Below, piece by piece: positions 21,101 through 30,210 of a DNA stretch of 64,000 nucleotides. The stretch's first letter is position 1. The number at the start of each line of letters is the position of its first letter. The position numbers and the translations under genes are program-made. The notes beneath the pieces were generated by a model, which was not told the DNA's origin, searched no databases, and worked only from the letters and a program-made list of their open reading frames with translations. The stretch comes from Alphaproteobacteria bacterium (lineage in GTDB: Bacteria > Pseudomonadota > Alphaproteobacteria > CALKHQ01): the NCBI GenBank assembly GCA_965227515.1, contig CBDDFZ010000001.1, positions 512,001 through 576,000 of the forward strand, written 5' to 3'.

Positions 21101-21666
21101 CCGCCGAGGCGGATCGCGCACCCGGCATGAGCGGGCTGGCCGAGGCGGTCGCCCGCTATGCGTTCAAGCTGATGGCCTACAAGGACGAGTACGAGGTCGC
21201 GCGCCTGTTCACCGACGGTGCGTTCATGAAGCGGGTGCGCCACATGTTCGACGGCGACTACAAGCTGAAATTCCACATGGCGCCGCCCGTTCTGGCCGAC
21301 CGCGACCCCGCCACCGGCCATTTGCAGAAGAAGGCCTATGGCCCGTGGATGATGCGCGCGTTTGCCGTGCTCGCCCGGCTGAAGGGGCTGCGCGGCACCT
21401 GGGCCGACCCGTTCGGACGTACCGCCGAGCGCAGGCGCGAGCGGGCGATGATCGCGGCCTACGAGCGCACGGTGGATGAGCTGATCAGCGGGCTCGATCA
21501 CGACAACCATGCGCTGGCGGTGGAGATCGCCAGCCTGCCCGAGCACATCCGCGGCTATGGCCACATCAAGGAGGCGTCCATCGACGCGGCCGAGGCGCGC
21601 CAGGCCGAGCTGTTGGCCGCGTTCCGCAATCCCGTCGCGCCCACCGACATCCAGGCCGCCGAGTGA
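18142..21666 (+). CDS. Fused indolepyruvate:ferredoxin oxidoreductase family protein
   Basis: SGYRGSPLGG, FCSGCPHN, GIGCH, GDGT TPP motif, CEGCGDC..C ferredoxin, GLAQKGG, AYKDEYEVAR. Confidence 0.93.
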   Translation: MAKAAKAPAAISLDDRYEQLDGRVYLTGTQALVRLPMMQRRRDEAAGLNTACYVSGYRGSPLGGLDQQMWHAKQFVERHHIKFQPGVNEDMAATAIWGTQSVHLYGKPKYDGVVGIWYGKGPGVDRTGDVFKHANLAGTSPHGGVLALAGDDHMAKSSTTAHQSDFAFVDASIPTMNPAGVQEFMDLGLYGIAMSRFSGLWIGMKCVADTVESAASVSVDPQRVNIVLPEDVPNTPGGRGVRWPDGMLEQEARLHEVKLPAAMAFLRANSLDRVIWRPKGSRLGIVTAGKSYLDVRQALDELGVDEVDAARLGIAMMKIAVTWPIEPNGIAAFADGLDEILVVEEKRGLIEPQLKDILYGMPADRRPRIVGKRDEKGRDLLPAPGELTPARIARTIAARLKRIEDVDDPEIAAKLKWLDRKEKAMQRVTAPLQRTPYFCSGCPHNSSTKIPDGSVQLAGIGCHYMVVWTDRNAKTFSQMGGEGMAWCGASAFTEIPHAFANLGDGTYFHSGIMAIRAAVASGANITYKILYNDAVAMTGGQPVDGPLSVPRITQQVRAEGVNRIAVVTDEPQKYPLAAGFAEGVTIHHRDDLDAVQRDLREVKGCSVLVYDQTCAAEKRRRRKRGTFPDPARRVVINERVCEGCGDCSVQSNCLSVVPVETPFGRKRAIDQSSCNKDYSCLKGFCPSFVTVEGGKLRTPKTVKPTTDPARQWTAEVPEPDLPAVDAPYNIVVTGIGGTGVVTIGALLGMAAHIDGKGCSVMDMTGLAQKGGAVVSHIRIADEPDALHAVRIAAGGANLILGCDMVVTAGFETMAKAQKGVTRAIVNDKETVTADFTRNPDQPFPGDGLRHTIVQGAGKDAAEFVSATRLATALLGNSIATNLFMLGYAWQRGLVPVSAEALETAIALNGVAVEANKRAFLWGRRAAVDMAAVERAAAPLDAEKDRPSAEPVPDTLEAIRAHRAEFLVGYQNRAYADRYTALVDKVAAAEADRAPGMSGLAEAVARYAFKLMAYKDEYEVARLFTDGAFMKRVRHMFDGDYKLKFHMAPPVLADRDPATGHLQKKAYGPWMMRAFAVLARLKGLRGTWADPFGRTAERRRERAMIAAYERTVDELISGLDHDNHALAVEIASLPEHIRGYGHIKEASIDAAEARQAELLAAFRNPVAPTDIQAAE

Positions 21667-21762
21667 TACCCCGTCGCGTGATTGCCCGGCCCGTGCCATC
21701 ATGGCGCCATCAAACGAGGGTATGCACAACCTCGCGGCAGTGATCTTTAGGGGGAGAAGCTC

Positions 21763-22422
21763 ATGCGCGCAGTCGCATCGGCCGTTCTGGCCACACTGAT
21801 CGGATCGACATCCGCCTACGCCATCGACGAGGGATGGACACCGCAAACCGGCGACGACTATGTGCGCGCCGCGTGGGTGTTGTACGACCAGACGTGTGGG
21901 GTGAGTCTGGAGCTGCCCGAAAGCGAATTGACGGCTCTGCTGGGCGCGGACGGTGCGGGCAAATGCACGCTGATCAACGAGATCGCCCAGGTCTACCTGT
22001 CGCACGTGCTGGCGCTGGAGGAAGCGCAGAAGCGCGCCGGTCTGGAGGTCGACCTGCCGCCTTTTCCGGACTTCGAGGACGAGATTTCCGCGCGCATAGC
22101 GGAGTTGGTCTCGGGCAGCGGCACGCCGGCGTGGCACATCGTGGCCGATCCCAATCTGTCCGGCGCGCCGATCAACATCATAACCATGGCCGTCGATGCG
22201 TCGATGCTGAGCTATGGCATGGCGCAGCGTCTGGCCATCAGCACGGCACTCGCGAACGATCCCGAGGTTTTGATGTTGGACGAGCCGACGACGGCGCTCG
22301 ACGCCGAGACGGCCGCCGCCGTCGAGGCGGCGATGGAGGAAGCGGAAAGCGCCGCAGCCGGCAGCGCGGCGGGAGCCGATGCGGTCTCTGTCGAGCCGGC
22401 AACGCCAGATGCCAGCCAATAA
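21763..22422 (+). CDS. Hypothetical exported protein with degenerate ABC-ATPase motifs
   Basis: GGGGAG RBS; signal peptide ending AYA; GADGAGKCT, LSYGMAQR, VLMLDEPTTALD; no H-loop. Confidence 0.65.
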   Translation: MRAVASAVLATLIGSTSAYAIDEGWTPQTGDDYVRAAWVLYDQTCGVSLELPESELTALLGADGAGKCTLINEIAQVYLSHVLALEEAQKRAGLEVDLPPFPDFEDEISARIAELVSGSGTPAWHIVADPNLSGAPINIITMAVDASMLSYGMAQRLAISTALANDPEVLMLDEPTTALDAETAAAVEAAMEEAESAAAGSAAGADAVSVEPATPDASQ

Positions 22423-22424
22423 TA

Positions 22425-22506
22425 TTTCAGGGACGGTTTACTAGATTCCAGATTTGCTGAGCGCGGACGGGACCCGCGGTTCTAATTTAGTAAACCGTCC
22501 CCGAAA
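22425..22506. repeat. 82-bp palindromic element between convergent genes
   Basis: TTTCAGGGACGGTTTACTAGATT (22425-22447) against the reverse complement of 22484-22506, TTTCGGGGACGGTTTACTAAATT (21/23). Confidence 0.75.
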
Positions 22507-22560
22507 CAGATGGCGCCACACGTAGTGGGAGGGCCAGCAAAAAGTGCCGTTGGTAGAATT

Positions 22561-24213
22561 CTACTGCCCGGTGCTGATCGGGATGACGCCGTTCACGTTG
22601 GCGTCGCTGAGGTCGCCCTCGATCGGATTGCCGTCCTCGTCGACGGCAGCGCGCAGCACCACGATAGAGATGCGGCGGTTGATCGGGTCGTAGGGGTCTT
22701 CCAGCAGCATCGGCTCGCGGTCGGCGCGGCCGACCACCCGGGTGATGCGGTCCTCGTCGATGCCGGCGGCGATCAGCGCACGGCGGCTGGCATTGGCGCG
22801 GTCGGTCGACAGCTCCCAGTTGCCATAGCCATTGTCGTTGGCGAACGGGCGCGCGTCGGTGTGGCCGGTGATCATGATCTCGTTGGGGATTTCCGCCAGC
22901 GCCAGCGCGATATTGGCCATCAGGTTACGGCTGTTCTCGGCCATGTCGGCGCTGCCTGACGGGAACATCGCCTGGTCCTCGCCATCCACGATCTGGATGC
23001 GCAGGCCCTCCGGCGTCTCTTCGATGATCAGGTTGTCGGCGAATTCGTTCAGCTCGGGGATCGAGTCGATTGCCGCGCGCACGTCCTCAGCCACCTGGTC
23101 AAATTGGGCCGCTTCGCGCAGTGCCAGCATCTCGGCGAAGTCGGCATCGGTCAGGCCGGCCAGTTCCTGCAGGGCGTTGTCGTCCATGCCGGCCAGTTCT
23201 TGCACCACCTCGTCATCCATGCCGGCCAACAGTTCGCCCATCGGCATCTGGCCGGGATATTCCGAGCCTTCCGGCGCTTCGCCGCGTGCGAGGGCGCCGA
23301 TCTCCGCTTCGCCCATGGCCATGTCGCCGATTTCGGCCTCGCCCATCGCGAGATCGCCGATTTCGGCCTCGCCCCGCGCCAGGTCGCCTTCGGCCGCATC
23401 GCCCTGCGCAACGTCGGCGTCGGCCGGATTGCCGGCAGCGTCGCCATTGTCCGCCTGACCGGCCGACAGATCGCCATTGGTCATCGTGCCCTGGGCGAGA
23501 TTGCCGTCGAGCAATGCCCCCGGCGCGCCGTCGCCATAGTCCTCGGTGCCGGGCCGCAACAGGCCCTCGATCTGCTCGCCGTAGTAGGCCAGGCCGTTGT
23601 CGCCCTCGGTCAGGTCTCCGGGCGGCCGATCGCCCTCGCTGTCGGACGGGTTCTCGATGCCCTGGGCGGCGAATTCGAACACCCGCTCCAGCGCCTCCGG
23701 GTGGCTCATGATGTCGATGCCCTCGGCCTCCAGGGCGTTCATCACCTCCTGATACGAGGTCTGCTCGACCAGTTCGGCCAGCATCTCGGGGTGTTCGACA
23801 ATATAGACCCCGTCCTCGACCATGTTCTCGATCATCTCTTCGGCACTGGTGCCGGAGAAAGTGCCGTTGGCCGGTCCACCGAAATTGTCGTCGCTGGAGT
23901 CGGGCAGCGACAACACGATCTCCGCCGGCGTGCCCGACGCCCGCAGCATGCCTTCGGACATGATCGAAGTGCCGCCCAGGATGCCGCCGGCGCCATGGCC
24001 GGACGGCCGCGCGTTCGACGGGGTGAAATAGTTGGCGATGCCGGTGAGCTGGTCGGGGCTGGTGGCGTTGATCAGCCACATCAACAGGAAGAACGCCATC
24101 ATCGCCGTCACGAAGTCGGCGTACGCGATCTTCCACGCGCCGCCGTGGTGGCCGTGGTCGCCCGCCTTCTTCTTCTTGACAATGATCGGTGCCAGTTCGG
24201 CGTTGGCCGCCAT
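22561..24213 (-). CDS. motB: Flagellar stator protein MotB with long acidic repetitive linker
   Basis: HHGGAWKIAYADFVTAMMAFFLLMWL; C-terminal OmpA-like domain GHTDA..NWELSTDRANASRR..NRRISI. Confidence 0.92.
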   Translation of the reverse strand: MAANAELAPIIVKKKKAGDHGHHGGAWKIAYADFVTAMMAFFLLMWLINATSPDQLTGIANYFTPSNARPSGHGAGGILGGTSIMSEGMLRASGTPAEIVLSLPDSSDDNFGGPANGTFSGTSAEEMIENMVEDGVYIVEHPEMLAELVEQTSYQEVMNALEAEGIDIMSHPEALERVFEFAAQGIENPSDSEGDRPPGDLTEGDNGLAYYGEQIEGLLRPGTEDYGDGAPGALLDGNLAQGTMTNGDLSAGQADNGDAAGNPADADVAQGDAAEGDLARGEAEIGDLAMGEAEIGDMAMGEAEIGALARGEAPEGSEYPGQMPMGELLAGMDDEVVQELAGMDDNALQELAGLTDADFAEMLALREAAQFDQVAEDVRAAIDSIPELNEFADNLIIEETPEGLRIQIVDGEDQAMFPSGSADMAENSRNLMANIALALAEIPNEIMITGHTDARPFANDNGYGNWELSTDRANASRRALIAAGIDEDRITRVVGRADREPMLLEDPYDPINRRISIVVLRAAVDEDGNPIEGDLSDANVNGVIPISTGQ

Positions 24214-24277
24214 GTGGTCTTCCTACCTGCTGACGCGACCTTGCCGGCGTCGTGCCGCGCCACGCGTCATGTCACGA

Positions 24278-25144
24278 TCACACCGCCGGCAGGTTGCCGG
24301 TCGCTTCTTCCACCTCGGCGAAGGTCGGCCGCACGTTCGACAGCAGCGTCTTGCGCGCGAACTCGATCGAGACCTGCGGGGCGTAGCCCTGCATGTGGGC
24401 GAGCAAGCCGGTCTTGATGCACTCCAGGTACTTGGAGTCCGCCTCCTGCGCCGCCTTCAGCGCGCTCGCCATCGGCCCGACCATGCCATAGGACAGGAAG
24501 ATACCCAGGAACGTACCGACCAGGGCGCCGGCGATCAGGCCACCCAGCACCTCCGGCGGCTGGTCGATGGCCGACATGGTCTTGATGACGCCCAGCACGG
24601 CGGCGACGATGCCCAGCGCCGGCAGGCCGTCGGCCATGCCCTGCAGCGCGGACTGGGCGGCGTGATCCTCGGCGTGGTGGGTTTCCAGTTCCTCGTCGAT
24701 CACCGACTCCAGCTCATGCGGGTTGTCGGTGCCCAGGGTCAGCATGCGCAGGTAGTCGCAGACGAACTCCACCGCGTGGTGGTCCTTGTGGAAATTCGGA
24801 AACTGCTTGAACAGCTCGCTGTCGTGCGGGTTCTCGACGTGCGCCTCCAGGGCCAGCATGCCCTTGGACTTGGCCAGCCGGAACACCTGGTAGAGCAGGC
24901 TGAGCAGTTCGAGATAATCGTCCTTCTTGAACCGCGGCCCCTTCATGGAGCGGCCGAAGCCCTTCAGCGCCTTGACCAGCACGCTCTTCGGATTGGAGAT
25001 GACGATGGCGCCCGCGGCCGCACCGCCGATCATCATCAGCTCGAAGGGCAGCGCCTTGATGATGACGTCAAGCTTGCCGCCGGCTGCGATATAGCCGCCG
25101 AACACCATGACGAAAACGACAACAAGACCGATGATGACGAACAT
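24278..25144 (-). CDS. motA: Flagellar stator protein MotA
   Basis: GMLALEAHVENP, DYLRM, DGLPALGIVAAVLG, ALVGTFLGI..YG, EFARK. Confidence 0.95.
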   Translation of the reverse strand: MFVIIGLVVVFVMVFGGYIAAGGKLDVIIKALPFELMMIGGAAAGAIVISNPKSVLVKALKGFGRSMKGPRFKKDDYLELLSLLYQVFRLAKSKGMLALEAHVENPHDSELFKQFPNFHKDHHAVEFVCDYLRMLTLGTDNPHELESVIDEELETHHAEDHAAQSALQGMADGLPALGIVAAVLGVIKTMSAIDQPPEVLGGLIAGALVGTFLGIFLSYGMVGPMASALKAAQEADSKYLECIKTGLLAHMQGYAPQVSIEFARKTLLSNVRPTFAEVEEATGNLPAV

Positions 25145-25244
25145 TCGGGCGCGCGCTCGATGCTGATGCGAACAGAACGCGGCGACTCAAACCTATTTTG
25201 GTTAAGGGGCAGTGAAAACCGGCCGGCCCAGTTCGATAATCTGT

Positions 25245-26453
25245 TCAGCCGGCGCCATCGGTGCGGAACACGGTCCCGATCTCGGCCAGCGCGGCGACGA
25301 TGGCATCGCCATGCGCCCTGCTGCGGGTCTCGATCAGGAACTCGATATCGACGTGCTTCACCGACGTTTCCAGCGCCAGCCGGTGGTGGGCGACGTCGAC
25401 GATATTGCCCTCTTCCGCCGCGATCCGGTCGACGATGCGGGCCAGCGCGCCCGGCCTGTCCTGCGCCTGGATGCGCAGCCTGACCAGCCGGCCGTCGACG
25501 ATCAGCCCACGGGTCAGGATCGAGGCGAGCACACGGTTGTCGATGTTGCCGCCGCACACCACCGCGCCGGCATTGCACCCGGCGAAGGCGGCGTTGTGGG
25601 CTAGCATGGCGGCCACGCCGGCGGCACCCGCGCCCTCCGCCACCACATTGCCGACCTCGGCCAGCAGGCTGATCGCCTGTTCGACCTGGCTGTCGGTGAC
25701 CTGCAGCACCTCGTCCACCAGTTCGGCGATCACCGCGCCGGTCAGCGCACCCGGTCGCGCGACCGCTATGCCTTCGGCCAGGGTTGCGCCGCCGGGCAAG
25801 TCCGGCCCACCGCGCACGAACGTGGGATAGCGGTCGGACTGCACGCCGACGATACGGATCTGCGGCCGCAGCGCCTTGGCGGCGACCGCAATGCCGGCGA
25901 TCAGCCCGCCGCCGCCGACCGGCACCACCAGCGTGTCGAGGTCCGGGGCGTCGGCCAGCATCTCCAGGCCGACCGTGCCCTGGCCCGCCATGATCGCGGG
26001 GTCGTCATAGGGATGCACCGGCGTCAGCGCCTCTCGCGCCGCCAGCTCGTCGGCAAAGCCGATGCAGTCCGCCAGCCCGTCGCCGTGCAGGATGACCCGG
26101 GCGCCATGGCGCTCGGTCGCCTCGATCTTGGTGAAGGGGGCCGACTGCGGCATCACGATGGTGGCGGGAATGCCGAGCCGCCCGGCGTGGTAGGCGACGC
26201 CCTGCGCGTGATTGCCGGCGGAGATCGCGATCACGCCGTTCGCCCGCGCCTCGGCGGGCAGGCTGGCAAGCTTGTAGAGCGCGCCGCGCGCCTTGAACGA
26301 GCCGGTGACCTGCAAGTTCTCCAGCTTCAGCCACAGCTCGCAGCCCAGCCGACGGCTCAGAGAGGGTGCGCGCACCGTCGGCGTGCGCACGACCTCGCCC
26401 TCGAGTACGACCGCTGCGGCCCGCACATCGTCAATGCCGATCGCCAGCGCCAT
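25245..26453 (-). CDS. ilvA: Threonine ammonia-lyase with C-terminal ACT domain
   Basis: KLENLQVTGSFKARGA, SAGNHAQG, PVGGGGL, GGNID, DRPGAL. Confidence 0.88.
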   Translation of the reverse strand: MALAIGIDDVRAAAVVLEGEVVRTPTVRAPSLSRRLGCELWLKLENLQVTGSFKARGALYKLASLPAEARANGVIAISAGNHAQGVAYHAGRLGIPATIVMPQSAPFTKIEATERHGARVILHGDGLADCIGFADELAAREALTPVHPYDDPAIMAGQGTVGLEMLADAPDLDTLVVPVGGGGLIAGIAVAAKALRPQIRIVGVQSDRYPTFVRGGPDLPGGATLAEGIAVARPGALTGAVIAELVDEVLQVTDSQVEQAISLLAEVGNVVAEGAGAAGVAAMLAHNAAFAGCNAGAVVCGGNIDNRVLASILTRGLIVDGRLVRLRIQAQDRPGALARIVDRIAAEEGNIVDVAHHRLALETSVKHVDIEFLIETRSRAHGDAIVAALAEIGTVFRTDGAG

Positions 26454-26458
26454 GGCGC

Positions 26459-28900
26459 TCAGGGCGACGCGGGTTGCAGGGTCAGGCTGCCGATGGCGGT
26501 CGCGCGGACGCTGTCGATATCCGTTGCGATGGTGAAATAGTCCGCGTCACGCCAGCGCTCGGCCAGGTGCGACCAGTAGGACGAGAACGGGTTGTCCGAT
26601 TGTCCCGGCGCCATCGAGAACCGCGAGTTGGCCAGGTCCGACAGATCGTAGACCGCCCGGTAGCCGGCGCCGTGGCCGTTGCGGAACGGCATGTCGCCGC
26701 CGCCCCGCGTGCCGCCGGCCATCACGGTCGAACCGGAGCCGCCGGTTTCCACCGACGCATCCAGCCAACCGCCAACGAGCGGGATCATGCCGAAGATCTG
26801 GTGGCGGAAGTCGGCCTGGTGCGCCTCGCCCCAGCGCCATTCGGCCATGTCGTCGCCGTAGATGCCGGTCAACAGGTCCAGCCCTGCCAGCAACGCCTGC
26901 TCCTTGGCCCAGGCGCAATCCTCAACCACGTCATCGGTGGCAACGTTGTCGCACCAGTGTTCCTGGCCGGTGAAGACATTGACGATCAGGGTGTCGCTGC
27001 CCAGCGCGCCTTCTTCGAACAGCTCCGCCAGCTCGTCGCCGAACAGAACTTCCGGCATCTCCCGGTCCCAGGCGGCATAGATCAGGGGCTCGGCGGCGTC
27101 GGCGGCCATGTTGCCGTCCCAGCCGCGCAGCATCTCGACCGCGGCCTGGGCACGTGGGTTGCGGAACTCGGCATCCAGGTAGAGCGGCAACAGCTTCTGT
27201 ACGGCCAGCGACAGGGTGTCGTGCTGCATGGCCTGGAAGCTTGCGATGTCGTGGGTCTCGCGCGCCTCCAGCATCTGGTGGATGCGGTCGGAGCGATAGG
27301 CCGGGATGTAGGTGTGGCCCAGGAAGTACGGATAGTCGTCGTCGATCAGCCGGTTGTTGGCGTTGACCAGCAAACCGGACGACGGGTTCAGGCGGCGCGG
27401 CAGCCCCTCGATCGGAATGCGCCCGGTCCAGTCGTACTCCCCAGTCCAGCCGGGCGCGGGGATCGTGCCGTCGCCGGCGCCACGGATCGGCACCCACGCC
27501 GGCGCATAGAGCCCGATATTCCCGTCGGTATCGGCGTAGTGCATGTTCTGCTGCGGCGCATTGAACAGCGAGGCGGCGTCGACGAAGCTCTGCCAGTCGG
27601 TCGCCTGGTTGATGCCGAGCATGCCCTCGGCGGTACGGTCCGGCGAGAACAGATAGGGTGCGGCCAGCGCGACCACCTGGTCGGGTTCCAGCAGGTCCTC
27701 GGTATCCTCCGGCCGCAAGTCCGAGATGATCGGGCCGTGGCGGCTGACGCGCACGGTGAAGGTCTCGGTCTCGCCATTGGCCAGGTAGAGCGTTTCCTCG
27801 CGCACCTCGAACGGCTCCGAGCCGTCCGGCGTCAGATAGGCGTCCGGGTTGTCGGGGTCGATCCGCTCGACGAACAGGTCGGCCATGTCGGAGTGGGAGG
27901 TGGTGAACCCCCAGGCGATGTGGCCATTGTGGCCGACGATCAGCAACGGCACCCCCGGCGTGGTGCCGCCGACCAGGTTCATCCCCGGCGCTTCGATATG
28001 GGTGAGGTACCAGGTGCCGGGCAGGCCGTGGCGCAAGTGAGGGTCGTTGGCCAGCAACGGCGCGCCTGTGTCGGTGTGGCGGCCGTCGACCACCCAGGCG
28101 TTGGAGGCATCCCACGGCGTGCGCATCGGCTCCGGGATTGCCTGCACCACCCGCGCCCAGTCACGCTGCAGCATCGACTGCTGCTCCGCCGGCAATGTCG
28201 GGCCGTATTCGGAGCCCGGATATTCCGGGAAGAATTCGGTGGCGAGTTCCGGCCCCAGCAACTGCTCCACTTGCAGGCGCTCGATCTCGCGCATGAAGTT
28301 CCAGCCGGCCAGGAAGATCGCCATCACCTTGCCCCAGACCAGCGAGTCCGCCGGGCGCCACGGCTCGGGCCGGTAGTCGTCCAGGTCCAGGCTGACCGGC
28401 AGCCGGGCATAGATCGCCGGCGACCACGCGCCCTCGTGGGTGTCCAGGTAGGCGTTCACCCCGGCGGTGTAGGCTTCGACAACGGCGCGCGCATCCGGCG
28501 ACATATCCTCAAAGGCCTGTTCCGCCAGCCGATAGAGGCCCAGCGTGCGGGTCAGCTTGTCGAACTCGATGGCGAACTCGGCGGGGATCAGCTCCGACAA
28601 CCGGCCGGCGCCGAGACGGCGCATCTGCTCCATCTGCGGCAGGCGGTCCTGCGCATGGGCGAAACCCAATGCAAAATAGGCATCATGCGGATTATCTGCC
28701 TTGATATGCGCAACATAGTTTTCGTCACGCACAATATCGACCGGCGCCGACAGGCCCTCCACCAGCACCGTGCCGTCGATCTTCGGCTCCGAACTGGACA
28801 GCCAGATCACCAGCGCGCCGATCGCCAGCACCACCAGAACGACAAGGCCGCCGACCAGCCAGCCGAGGATTTTCAGGGTGCGTCGGATCGGCCGTTTCAT
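26459..28900 (-). CDS. Penicillin acylase / AHL-acylase family Ntn hydrolase, membrane anchored
   Basis: ALGFAHAQDRL, nucleophile SNAWVV, LLANDPHL, GHNGHIAWGFT, HGP, NANNR, PGQS; ATG 28900 overlaps the upstream stop. Confidence 0.9.
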   Translation of the reverse strand: MKRPIRRTLKILGWLVGGLVVLVVLAIGALVIWLSSSEPKIDGTVLVEGLSAPVDIVRDENYVAHIKADNPHDAYFALGFAHAQDRLPQMEQMRRLGAGRLSELIPAEFAIEFDKLTRTLGLYRLAEQAFEDMSPDARAVVEAYTAGVNAYLDTHEGAWSPAIYARLPVSLDLDDYRPEPWRPADSLVWGKVMAIFLAGWNFMREIERLQVEQLLGPELATEFFPEYPGSEYGPTLPAEQQSMLQRDWARVVQAIPEPMRTPWDASNAWVVDGRHTDTGAPLLANDPHLRHGLPGTWYLTHIEAPGMNLVGGTTPGVPLLIVGHNGHIAWGFTTSHSDMADLFVERIDPDNPDAYLTPDGSEPFEVREETLYLANGETETFTVRVSRHGPIISDLRPEDTEDLLEPDQVVALAAPYLFSPDRTAEGMLGINQATDWQSFVDAASLFNAPQQNMHYADTDGNIGLYAPAWVPIRGAGDGTIPAPGWTGEYDWTGRIPIEGLPRRLNPSSGLLVNANNRLIDDDYPYFLGHTYIPAYRSDRIHQMLEARETHDIASFQAMQHDTLSLAVQKLLPLYLDAEFRNPRAQAAVEMLRGWDGNMAADAAEPLIYAAWDREMPEVLFGDELAELFEEGALGSDTLIVNVFTGQEHWCDNVATDDVVEDCAWAKEQALLAGLDLLTGIYGDDMAEWRWGEAHQADFRHQIFGMIPLVGGWLDASVETGGSGSTVMAGGTRGGGDMPFRNGHGAGYRAVYDLSDLANSRFSMAPGQSDNPFSSYWSHLAERWRDADYFTIATDIDSVRATAIGSLTLQPASP

Positions 28901-30114
28901 GACGCGCCCGCCTCCGGCCCATCCAGCCACTGCATGATCGCGTTGCGGTCGGCATCCAGGTCGGGCGCCGCCGGCCGATAGGTCGTATCCGCCATATCGG
29001 AGAGCTTGATCGGGTTGCCGGCGACCTTGAAACCGGCGTTGGCGCCGGCGCCGATCTCCGCCACCATGTTGCGCGCATGGACATGCGGATCGGACAAGAC
29101 GTGGGCCACGTCGTTGATCGGCCCGCATGGCAGGCCCGCCGCCTCCAGCCGCCGCAGCCACGCCTCGACCGTGTCGGTCACCAGCGCCGACTCCATCTCG
29201 GCCTGCAGGGCGTCGACATTGGCAATCCGGTCCTCGTTCGACAGGAACCGGGTGTCGGCCGCCAGTTCCGGCCGCCCGAGCGCGTTGGCGAGCTTGGCGA
29301 ACAAGCTGTCGTTGCCGGCGGCGATGATGATGTGGCCATCGCCGGCCCTGAAGGCGGCGAACGGCGCGATCGAGGGGTGGCGCGCGCCCAGCGGCCGCGG
29401 CGCCTCCCCGGTCGAGGCGAAGCGGGCGATCGCGTTCTCCAGGATCGCCACCTGGCAGTCCAGCATGCCGACATCGACGTAGCAGCCGATGCCGGTGGCG
29501 GCGCGGCGGACCAGGGCCGCGTTAACGCCGACGGCGGTGAACAGGCCGGCGGTAATGTCGCCGATGGACGTGCCGACGCGGGTCGGCGGGCCGCCGGGAT
29601 GGCCGGTGATGCTCATGACCCCGCCCATGCCCTGCACCACCATGTCGTAGGCCGGGCGCTGGGCGTAGGGGCCGGTCTGCCCGAAGCCGGAGCAGGCGGC
29701 GTAGACCAGCTTGGGAAAGCGCGCGTGCACGGCATCCCAGCCATAGCCGAGCTTGTGCATGGTGCCGGCGCGGAAATTCTCCACCAACACGTCGGCGCGG
29801 CCCAGCAGCCGGTCGAACACCACCCGGTCGGCCTCGTCCTTCAGGTCGAGCGCAATCGACTGCTTGCCGCGGTTAAGCGAGAGGAAATAGGCCGACTGGC
29901 CGTTGACGAACGGCCCGAACGAGCGGCTGTCCTCCCCGGTTTCCGGGCGTTCCACCTTGATCACCCGTGCGCCCAGGTCGGCCAGCAACATGGTGCAATA
30001 CGGCCCGGCCAGCACCCGGGTCAGGTCGATCACCACCAGACCGGCCAGCGGCCCGGCCGCATGGGGTTGGGCTTTGTCGATGAAATCTTCAGTTGATCCA
30101 GGCTGGCTGTTCAT
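28897..30114 (-). CDS. CaiB/BaiF family III CoA-transferase
   Basis: DLTRVLAGPYCTMLLADLGARVIKVE, NRGKQS, ENFRAG, GFGQTGPY, GD. Confidence 0.92.
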   Translation of the reverse strand: MNSQPGSTEDFIDKAQPHAAGPLAGLVVIDLTRVLAGPYCTMLLADLGARVIKVERPETGEDSRSFGPFVNGQSAYFLSLNRGKQSIALDLKDEADRVVFDRLLGRADVLVENFRAGTMHKLGYGWDAVHARFPKLVYAACSGFGQTGPYAQRPAYDMVVQGMGGVMSITGHPGGPPTRVGTSIGDITAGLFTAVGVNAALVRRAATGIGCYVDVGMLDCQVAILENAIARFASTGEAPRPLGARHPSIAPFAAFRAGDGHIIIAAGNDSLFAKLANALGRPELAADTRFLSNEDRIANVDALQAEMESALVTDTVEAWLRRLEAAGLPCGPINDVAHVLSDPHVHARNMVAEIGAGANAGFKVAGNPIKLSDMADTTYRPAAPDLDADRNAIMQWLDGPEAGAS

Positions 30115-30210
30115 GCCACTCCGCTTCACACCAAGTCGTCGCTGCGCCGCCCGCGGTCCCTTTCGGCGTCCGGGCTTCGGCCGGCGGCGACCCTAGCAGG
30201 CTGCCGACCC

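Noticed and set aside
18559-22419. Very long antisense or alternative-frame ORFs (1286 aa here; also 756-3311, 4385-6970, 26366-28981, 42978-44846)
   Set aside because: Shadow ORFs of real high-GC genes, with no motifs and biased composition.
25190-25210. CtrA site upstream of motA
   Set aside because: Only a TTAACC half-site; too weak to call.
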